From Porcipelethomonas sp. (GTDB lineage: Bacteria > Bacillota > Clostridia > Oscillospirales > Ruminococcaceae): a DNA stretch of 64,000 nucleotides. The stretch lies in NCBI GenBank assembly GCA_051881915.1, contig JBJEQV010000022.1:1338-65337 (forward strand), given 5' to 3'. The position numbers were made by a program, and so were the translations under genes. Below the pieces are notes generated by a model. That model searched no databases, was not told the origin of the DNA, and saw nothing but the letters and a program-made list of their open reading frames with translations. Positions 56,534 through 64,000 of the stretch are shown one piece after another. The number at the start of each line of letters is the position of its first letter. Position 1 is the first letter of the stretch.

Positions 56534-58822
56534 ATGTATTTACAGCGCAAATTTGCTGGTATTATTGCGGGCATAGTTTCACTTGCCTGTCTTGCACAGC
56601 CCATGGCAGCTGTTACCGCAGAATCAACTGAAAGTTACAGTATGAATGTTTCTGTTAATCTTTCAGGGAAGAAAAAAGAAATAAGCCCGTATATTTATGG
56701 TATCAACCAATACGGAAACGTAAACAACTATAAGAATGTAACTGTCAATGCAGTTCGTCAGGGCGGTAACCGTTACACAGGCTACAACTGGGAAACAAAC
56801 TGGTCAAATGCCGGAGAGGACTGGATAAACAGCTCAGACACAAACATCGGGGATCTTTCAGACGGTGCAGGATATGCAGCAAGAAAGCTTTCGGAGGAAT
56901 GTTCAACATACGATATACCTTATAAAATAACAACACTCCAGATGGCAGGATATGTTGCTGCTGACAATCTTGGAGAGGTTACCGGAGCTGCTCCGTCTGA
57001 CAGATGGAATGAGGTAATTTTCCGAAAAGGTAATGATTACCTGCTTGAACCTGATCTTACAGATAATGCAGTCTATATGGACGAATATGTTAATTATCTT
57101 GTTAAAACTCTGGGTGATTCAACCACTTCAACAGGTATTCAGGGATACAGCCTTGATAATGAACCGTTTTTATGGAATGACACACATCCTTATAATCATC
57201 CTGAAGAATGTACAGCAGATGAGCTCATTGAAAAATCTGTGGAGCTTGCAAAGGTTGTAAAGGAAATTGACCCTAACGCGGAAGTTTTCGGTCCGGCACT
57301 CTGGGGAATACTTCCCTGTATTCAGGCCGGAACATCTACCACCTATACTGATGCAAAGTGGGAAAGCATAAAGAACAATTATGACTGGTATCTGGATTAC
57401 TATCTTGAAAGCATGGCAAATGCAGAAAAGACAGCGGGCACACGTCTTCTTGATGTTGTTGATGTTCATTATTACGCTCAGGACTGCTCCACTGATGACG
57501 GAAAGCTCCAGGCTGCAAGAAGCCTTTATGATGAAAGCTACGTTGAAAACAGCTGGCTTCAGCCATACTACGGAAAGTATTTTCCGCTTCTGCCAAATAT
57601 CCAGAAATCTATTGACAAGTACTATCCGGGAACAAAAATTGCAATTTCCGAATATAACCTTGCTGATATTTCAAACGAAAAAACAACCGGTAAAAATGTA
57701 ATTTCTGCTATTGCAGAAGCAGAAGCACTTGGTGCATTTGCTGAAAATGAAGTTTATTTTGCAACATACTGGGGAACACTTCCTGAATGTCCGTATGTTG
57801 AGTCTGCAATAAATCTGTATACAAACTATGACGGTGAAGGCTCCGCTTTCGGCAGCACACTTGTTGAAGCTGAAACAGAAGACCTTTCCAAATCGGCAGC
57901 CTTTGCAGCTATTGAAGGCAGTGATGATTCAAACGTTGACGTAATCCTTTCTAACAAAAACAAAACTGCTTCAGAAAATGCTGTGATAACAATTGACGGC
58001 TCATCGTCAGATTATAAGAGTGCTGTTGTTTACGCTGTATCCCAGGATCACAGCGACATACGCATCATCAATGTTCAGAATGATTTAAGCGGAAATAAAA
58101 TCAGTGTTGAACTGCCTCCTCTCTCAGTTGCACATGTAGTGATTTCTGACCAGCCCACAGATAAGACAGAATACGTTGCTCCGGATATTACACAAAAGAA
58201 AACTGTTTATAATGTAAGCGACCTTGAAAAATCTGAAGACGGCGCATATTTGATTCCTCTCGGCGACAAGGCAAACCTCAAGGAGATCATATTCGGCGTA
58301 AGCTGCTACTCAACTGAGGGTTCATCATATTACAGCGGCGGCGGCGGACTTTGCTTCTCAGGTCTCGTTCCGGCTGACGGCGGAGAGGCTGTCTGGGGAT
58401 TCAAAACTGTAAACTTCTCAAACGGTCAGAGCGAAATTGTTGTGCCGTTTGATGAATATTTTACCGATGCAAACAAGAATCAGATACAGGCATCTGTTAC
58501 CGATGACGCAGCACAGTGGCAGGCTGACTGGTGGAAATTCTCCGAAAAACAGAAGGATGGTTCAGATGTAGTTGTAAATTATTCCACAGTTACACTTGTT
58601 TATGAATACAATAATGATGAGCCCGATAATCCCGTTGAAAAAATTGCGGGAGATGTAAATGCTGACGGAACTGTCAACGTAAATGACTTTACAATGCTTT
58701 CAAAGTGGCTTCTGAATATTGATGTTGAAATTGATTCTGACCTCTCAGATGTTAATTCCGACGGCAAATATAATATCTTTGATCTGGTTGCTCTGAAAAG
58801 GATCATTATCAGTCAGTCATAA
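56534..58822 (+). CDS. GH44 endoglucanase/xyloglucanase with putative CBM (CBM76-like) and dockerin
   Basis: Signal peptide; ISPYIYG, RQGGNRYTGYNWETNWSNAG, LDNEP (acid/base), DVHYY, ISEY (nucleophile); ~135-aa beta module at ~58200-58610; dockerin GDVNADG...DVNSDG. Confidence 0.92.
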   Translation: MYLQRKFAGIIAGIVSLACLAQPMAAVTAESTESYSMNVSVNLSGKKKEISPYIYGINQYGNVNNYKNVTVNAVRQGGNRYTGYNWETNWSNAGEDWINSSDTNIGDLSDGAGYAARKLSEECSTYDIPYKITTLQMAGYVAADNLGEVTGAAPSDRWNEVIFRKGNDYLLEPDLTDNAVYMDEYVNYLVKTLGDSTTSTGIQGYSLDNEPFLWNDTHPYNHPEECTADELIEKSVELAKVVKEIDPNAEVFGPALWGILPCIQAGTSTTYTDAKWESIKNNYDWYLDYYLESMANAEKTAGTRLLDVVDVHYYAQDCSTDDGKLQAARSLYDESYVENSWLQPYYGKYFPLLPNIQKSIDKYYPGTKIAISEYNLADISNEKTTGKNVISAIAEAEALGAFAENEVYFATYWGTLPECPYVESAINLYTNYDGEGSAFGSTLVEAETEDLSKSAAFAAIEGSDDSNVDVILSNKNKTASENAVITIDGSSSDYKSAVVYAVSQDHSDIRIINVQNDLSGNKISVELPPLSVAHVVISDQPTDKTEYVAPDITQKKTVYNVSDLEKSEDGAYLIPLGDKANLKEIIFGVSCYSTEGSSYYSGGGGLCFSGLVPADGGEAVWGFKTVNFSNGQSEIVVPFDEYFTDANKNQIQASVTDDAAQWQADWWKFSEKQKDGSDVVVNYSTVTLVYEYNNDEPDNPVEKIAGDVNADGTVNVNDFTMLSKWLLNIDVEIDSDLSDVNSDGKYNIFDLVALKRIIISQS

Positions 58823-58846
58823 TATGTAATACCAGAATTATAAACT

Positions 58847-58877
58847 AAAAGCACGTCTGAAACAAGGCGTGCTTTTT
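58847..58877 (+). terminator. Intrinsic terminator after GH44
   Basis: AAAAGCACGTCT/AGGCGTGCTTTTT. Confidence 0.8.
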
Positions 58878-58917
58878 CTTGCGAAATATGCTATAATATA
58901 AAAAAGGATGTGATAAA

Positions 58918-59601
58918 ATGAGAATACTGATAGTTGAAGACGAAAAAGACCTTGCAATGATACTTTCTGAAACACTCACTATGGAAGGATACTATATTGA
59001 CACAGCTTTTGACGGTGAAAGCGGTCTTGACAATGCATTGTCGGGTATTTATGATCTGATAATATTAGACATAATGCTGCCCAAAATGAACGGTATTCAG
59101 GTCCTGTCCGAAATACGCAGAAATAATATCAGTATACCTGTACTTCTGCTGACAGCAAAAGCAGAAATTGAGGATAAAGTAAGCGGTCTTGATAATGGTG
59201 CTGATGACTATCTGACCAAACCTTTTAATACAAAAGAACTTCTTGCAAGAATACGCGCTTTATCAAGACGAAAAGATAAAACTCTTATTGATGATAACAT
59301 TAAATTTGCGGATATCGTACTTAACAGATCAACACATGAAATGCATAAAAACGAACAGAAAATAAAGCTTTCAAAAAAAGAGTATGATATCATTGAGCTT
59401 CTCATTTTAAACTATGGCAAAGTTATTTCAAAAGAAAATCTTGTCATGAAAATATGGGGATACGATACCGATATTGAATACAACTCAATTGAAGTGTATA
59501 TTTCATTTATCAGAAAAAAACTTAATGCTGTAAATTCACAGATCCGTATTTCAACTGAAAGGGGTCTGGGTTACACTATAAAGGAGAATAAAAATGGATA
59601 A
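58918..59601 (+). CDS. OmpR/PhoB-family response regulator (CiaR-like)
   Basis: IVEDE, LDIMLP, LTAK, DDYLTKPF; winged HTH IWGYD...IEVYISFIRKKL...RGLGY. Confidence 0.95.
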   Translation: MRILIVEDEKDLAMILSETLTMEGYYIDTAFDGESGLDNALSGIYDLIILDIMLPKMNGIQVLSEIRRNNISIPVLLLTAKAEIEDKVSGLDNGADDYLTKPFNTKELLARIRALSRRKDKTLIDDNIKFADIVLNRSTHEMHKNEQKIKLSKKEYDIIELLILNYGKVISKENLVMKIWGYDTDIEYNSIEVYISFIRKKLNAVNSQIRISTERGLGYTIKENKNG

Positions 59602-61285
59602 TGAAATAAAACACCTCAGAAAAAAGTTCTTTCTCCTTTCATCAGCAATATCCTTTATTGTTATTTTCATTATGATGTTAACTTTAAATATTTTAATGCA
59701 GCTGTCCTATAAAAATGAACTGAATACTGCAACAGACATGGTTGCACAAACCGCTTATTCAAATGCAGCTGATATCAATTCAGAACTGATTTTACTGGAC
59801 GACACGGAAACAAACGAAAACGGCGATCATATTATACTTCGCAATCCCGGCAAAATAAAAAGTGTTACATTAAACGGTGAAATAAGCTGTACAGATGAAA
59901 ATGCTGAATGGTACTGTGCAGGAGGGGGATTGTTTTTTGAAACTTTTGACAGTCACGGCAACATGAATTATGTACACAAAGAGTATAAATTCAATCGTGA
60001 CAATACTAAAATTACAATTGATTTCACAGATGATTCTAATTTCATGTATGAGGGTAAGCCTGTTCAGACAGATATATCCCAGGTTTCCCAGGAACGTTTT
60101 TATGTTTCGGTTGTGTGGTGGGCGTCATCAAGCACAGTACAGACAATGGGTCCTGATGAGGATGTAACATTACATATCGAGAGTATTGAAATACAATATC
60201 TGGAAAACGTTTCTGCCGCTTCGTTTGAACAGTTCAATGTTATAAACCGTAATTTCAACGATATCTACCCTTCAGGCACTCCGGACACACTAAATAATTA
60301 CAGCTGCTTTTATCTGATTTCAGATAAACATAACAATCTTGTAGAAATAAACTGCGGTAACACACTGAAATCCATTTCTGATGAAAAAGCGCGTGAGATT
60401 ATTCAAAGCAATAAAAACACATATTTTATTGATGACAAAGAATACAGCCGCGCAGTTACAGACACAGATGAATTGAAAATTCATTCATTTATCTGTGACA
60501 CCAAGGCAGAACAGAGCAGTCATCTTTTACTCCTGACATCTGCATTGTCCGGCGGAGGCGTATTTATTTTGGTACTTATCCTGATCTATTTTATTTCAGG
60601 CAAAGCCGTAAAGCCCATATCGGAGAGCTATCAGAAACAGAAGGAATTTATCTCAAATGCAAGTCATGAGCTTAAAACACCGATCACAGTTATTTCTGCG
60701 TCTACTGAGCTTATGGAAAAGAAAAACGGTCCGGACAGGATCACAAAATGCATCTGTGCCCAGACTGAAAAAATGAGCAGACTTGTAAATGAAATGCTGA
60801 CTCTTACAAGACTTTCTGCTTCTGAAAAACTTCTTTGTGATTTCAGGGAATTTGACATAAGCCGGACTTTAAGCAATACTGTTTTATATTTTGAAAGCCG
60901 GCTCTTTGAAGAAAATAAACAGATCCTGACAGACATTGAAAAAAATCTGACCTTCAAGGGAAATGCTGATAAAATCGAAGAACTGGCGGGAATTTTGATT
61001 GACAACGCAATTAAATATTCCGACGAAAAGGCTGAAATCAAATTAAGGCTTTATTCAAATAAAGACAAAATAATACTCAGCTGCGAAAACCCCTGCAAAA
61101 ACTTCAATGCAGACGATATTCCGCATCTTTTCGAACGTTTTTATCGTGCTGACAAATCACATTCAGATGAAAAGGACGGCTTCGGACTGGGACTTTCCAT
61201 TGCAAAGGAAATTGTTGTTCTTCATAAAGGTACAATTAATGCGGAGTATAAAAATAATATCGTAACGTTTAATGTTGTACTTTAA
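59594..61285 (+). CDS. Sensor histidine kinase with a CBM-like extracytoplasmic domain
   Basis: Two TM helices, ASHELKTP H-box, DNAIKYS, FERFYRAD, GFGLGLSIA; overlaps the regulator stop codon. Confidence 0.93.
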   Translation: MDNEIKHLRKKFFLLSSAISFIVIFIMMLTLNILMQLSYKNELNTATDMVAQTAYSNAADINSELILLDDTETNENGDHIILRNPGKIKSVTLNGEISCTDENAEWYCAGGGLFFETFDSHGNMNYVHKEYKFNRDNTKITIDFTDDSNFMYEGKPVQTDISQVSQERFYVSVVWWASSSTVQTMGPDEDVTLHIESIEIQYLENVSAASFEQFNVINRNFNDIYPSGTPDTLNNYSCFYLISDKHNNLVEINCGNTLKSISDEKAREIIQSNKNTYFIDDKEYSRAVTDTDELKIHSFICDTKAEQSSHLLLLTSALSGGGVFILVLILIYFISGKAVKPISESYQKQKEFISNASHELKTPITVISASTELMEKKNGPDRITKCICAQTEKMSRLVNEMLTLTRLSASEKLLCDFREFDISRTLSNTVLYFESRLFEENKQILTDIEKNLTFKGNADKIEELAGILIDNAIKYSDEKAEIKLRLYSNKDKIILSCENPCKNFNADDIPHLFERFYRADKSHSDEKDGFGLGLSIAKEIVVLHKGTINAEYKNNIVTFNVVL

Positions 61286-61460
61286 TATGCTTTTTATTAA
61301 GCTGCCAGTATGCAGAAATAATACTGATTCATTATAAATCATACTGCACGGCAGAAACAAACGCCCTTATTTCAAATAAATATGTAATATTGACAGAATT
61401 TAATAATTATTATATAATCATTAAAGATAATTATTTTAATGATTATACGGAGGAAAAGGT

Positions 61461-63656
61461 ATGGATGAAAATGTAAGTCAATTGAATCCCGATTATGTAA
61501 AATGGCGTAAAGTCCTGCTGCAAATGAATATTGTTATGGCTTTTTCGGTATTTGTACTTGAACTGATCATTTATCTTGTACTGAGATTCTCGGATCTCAT
61601 TTTTGAGTCACAGACAGAATATTTTTTAAGATATCTTATTTTCCCTGCAATAGGAAATGCTGTCGCTATTTTTATCAATGCTTTTATTTTCCTTAAATGT
61701 CCGAAAAACAGTAAAATACAGAATTATTCTCCGATTTTGTCACTTATAATACTCTGTACCGTTGTATCAGCAACACACTATGTTTTTTCAAATACTCTTA
61801 CGATTTTCTGCGTCCCGATTCTGACTTCTATTATTTTCGGGGATAAGATGCTGAGCCTGATATCAACAATATCAAGCTGTATATGTATCATGTTTTCTCT
61901 TATATGGAGATATGTTTCGCGTTACGGATCTGAAGACGTTTATCTTGTCCCTGAGGGTATGATTTCTATCGGCATAATAGTTCTTACCGGATTTCTGGCG
62001 CACATGATCATAACTCTCATGAATGAGCAGAATAAAAAGCTAATAAAAGCAACTATAAGCGCAAAGGACGCACAGCACCAGGCACTCATCGCCAATAATG
62101 CCAAAAGTAATTTCCTTGCAAACATGTCCCACGAAATCAGGACCCCTATTAATGCGGTAATAGGCATGAATGAAATGATACTGCGCGAATCAGACAACGA
62201 AGAAATAAGGGAATACGCTCAGCATGCACATTCAGCCGGCACTTCACTTTTATCAATAATAAATGATGTCCTGGACATTTCCAAAATAGAACTCGGAAAA
62301 ATAGAAATAACAAATTATGAATATGATATTTCTTCTTTAATAAGTGAAAGCTTCAATATGGTTTCCGGAAGAATATATAACAAGAATCTTGATGCCCAGG
62401 TAAATTGTGACCCGACAATCCCGTGCAAGCTTATGGGTGACGAAGCTCATATAAGAGAGATCACCGTAAACTTATTGACCAATGCTGCCAAATACACCGA
62501 TAAAGGCAATATAACTTTTTCAATAGGCGGCGAAACAATTTCAGATGAATTTCACCTAATAATTTCTGTTAAAGATACAGGAATAGGTATCTCTGATGAG
62601 AATCAGAAAAAATTATTTGAGAACTTCCAGCGTTTTGATTTAAAACACAACCGCAATATCGAGGGGACCGGTCTTGGGCTTGCGATCACAAAAAAACTGG
62701 TTGACCTTATGAACGGAAATATAACTGTCCGAAGTGAGCTCGGCAGGGGCTCGGAATTTATCGTTAAAATACCTCAGACAATAGTGGATCCCTCACCTGT
62801 CGGAAAAGTCAGCTGCAATGTCCAGCCGGATCATAAAAAGGATTACTACAAGCAGAAGTTCGAAGCGCCTGACGCACATATTCTTGTGGTTGACGATCTT
62901 GCAATAAATTTAAAGATTGTTATCAATTTACTCAAACAGACAAAAATTAAAATTGATACTGCCGAGAGCGGAAAAAAGTGCCTCGAAATGATAAAAGAGC
63001 AGGAATACAATATTATTTTTATGGATCATATGATGCCTGAAATGGATGGCATTGAAACGCTCCGCGAAATGAAAAATACTGCTGATTCCAAAAATAAACA
63101 TACACCTGTTATAATGCTGACCGCCAACGCACTTTCCGGAGTAAAAGAAAAATATTCAAGCGTCGGGTTCGATGATTATCTTTCAAAGCCTGTTGATGGA
63201 AGCATGCTTGAAGAAATGATCATAAAATACCTGCCTGATGACCTTGTCACTCAGAAGGTATCCGGCGAAAACGAGATATCTCAAAATCATCGGAAAAAGC
63301 TCTCAGATATAACAGATATCCTGCCGCAGATCGATCTGGCACTCGGGCTTAAATACTGTGCTGACAATGAAGAGTTTTATATTGAAATTTTAAGAAATTA
63401 TATCAGCAATAACCGCTGTAACACGCTTGAAAATGCATATAGAACAAATGACTTTGACGAGTACTGCCTGAATATACACTCCCTTAAAAGCACATCATTG
63501 ACGCTCGGATTAACCGAACTCTCAGAAATGGCAGAGCGCTCAGAAAAAGCATTAAAAAGCGGAGATCCGGATTTTGCAAGACAAAACCATACTCCCCTTA
63601 TGAATATGTATAAGGATATTCTTGAAAAGCTTACTGAATTTGCAGACTCTTTATAA
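61461..63656 (+). CDS. Hybrid histidine kinase (multi-TM, HisKA, HATPase, REC, HPt)
   Basis: [24 protein letters not shown]...FMDHMMP...[10 protein letters not shown]. Confidence 0.93.
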   Translation: MDENVSQLNPDYVKWRKVLLQMNIVMAFSVFVLELIIYLVLRFSDLIFESQTEYFLRYLIFPAIGNAVAIFINAFIFLKCPKNSKIQNYSPILSLIILCTVVSATHYVFSNTLTIFCVPILTSIIFGDKMLSLISTISSCICIMFSLIWRYVSRYGSEDVYLVPEGMISIGIIVLTGFLAHMIITLMNEQNKKLIKATISAKDAQHQALIANNAKSNFLANMSHEIRTPINAVIGMNEMILRESDNEEIREYAQHAHSAGTSLLSIINDVLDISKIELGKIEITNYEYDISSLISESFNMVSGRIYNKNLDAQVNCDPTIPCKLMGDEAHIREITVNLLTNAAKYTDKGNITFSIGGETISDEFHLIISVKDTGIGISDENQKKLFENFQRFDLKHNRNIEGTGLGLAITKKLVDLMNGNITVRSELGRGSEFIVKIPQTIVDPSPVGKVSCNVQPDHKKDYYKQKFEAPDAHILVVDDLAINLKIVINLLKQTKIKIDTAESGKKCLEMIKEQEYNIIFMDHMMPEMDGIETLREMKNTADSKNKHTPVIMLTANALSGVKEKYSSVGFDDYLSKPVDGSMLEEMIIKYLPDDLVTQKVSGENEISQNHRKKLSDITDILPQIDLALGLKYCADNEEFYIEILRNYISNNRCNTLENAYRTNDFDEYCLNIHSLKSTSLTLGLTELSEMAERSEKALKSGDPDFARQNHTPLMNMYKDILEKLTEFADSL

Positions 63657-63657
63657 T

Positions 63658-63699
63658 AAATAAAACCTCACAGCATATTATTGCTGTGAGGTTTATTTT
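63658..63699. terminator. Bidirectional terminator
   Basis: AAACCTCACAGCA/TGCTGTGAGGTTT inverted repeat. Confidence 0.8.
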
Positions 63700-63713
63700 G
63701 CTTTTAAACGTTA

Positions 63714-64000
63714 TCATTGACCGTAAATGATCATTCGCTTTATTACGACATAATCAAAACAGTTGACCACTCCGTCTTTATTTATATCAGCCGCTTCAAA
63801 ATTCTTTTCAGTAAAAACTAATTCACCGAGCAGATATTTACTGAGCAGTGCAGCATCAACAACCCTTATTTCACCGTCGCCGTCAATATCCCCGATTATC
63901 TGTCCGGTTTCCCCGACAGGAACGGCATACAATCCATAAAAAGTCGCTTCAGAACTACTTGCACTCATGTACAAATTCTTGATTTCATCAACGCTTAAAT
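63714..64000 (-). CDS. C-terminal part of a dockerin-containing protein (gene starts beyond the window)
   Basis: Frame open to the window end; GDIDGDGEIRVVDA...ADINKDGVVNCFD dockerin. Confidence 0.85.
   Translation of the reverse strand, partial: LSVDEIKNLYMSASSSEATFYGLYAVPVGETGQIIGDIDGDGEIRVVDAALLSKYLLGELVFTEKNFEAADINKDGVVNCFDYVVIKRMIIYGQ

Overview
Chromosomal window from a spore-forming, dockerin-encoding Ruminococcaceae-type Firmicute (taxon inferred from gene content). Bases 1-33 kb are mostly housekeeping: sugar ABC-binding lipoprotein and LacI regulator, comEA, tRNA-Gly, spoIIGA-sigE-sigG, prfA-sua5-coaE-M18 peptidase, and a long minus-strand run ruvCAB-glmM-ecfAAT-yfhO-truA-clp. Next come feoB, an iron-containing alcohol dehydrogenase, a TetR/MMPL/YhgE unit, a nitrogen locus, a MacAB-like exporter, tcdA with a probable 6S RNA, and a cellulosome-related block at 54-64 kb. 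Main candidate new system: the histidine kinase at 59594-61285 carries, between its two transmembrane helices, a domain that aligns by eye with the putative carbohydrate-binding module of the adjacent GH44 enzyme. Its CiaR-like response regulator has a CiaR-type direct repeat at the predicted GH44 promoter, suggesting a polysaccharide-sensing two-component circuit. Second candidate: a degenerate glutamine synthetase paired with a pseudo-receiver ANTAR protein, opposite an ANTAR-hairpin/terminator leader on an Amt-PII fusion. Two divergent dockerin genes also share a 186-bp identical 3' cassette. All calls come from reading motifs by eye; no database searches or folding programs were run.
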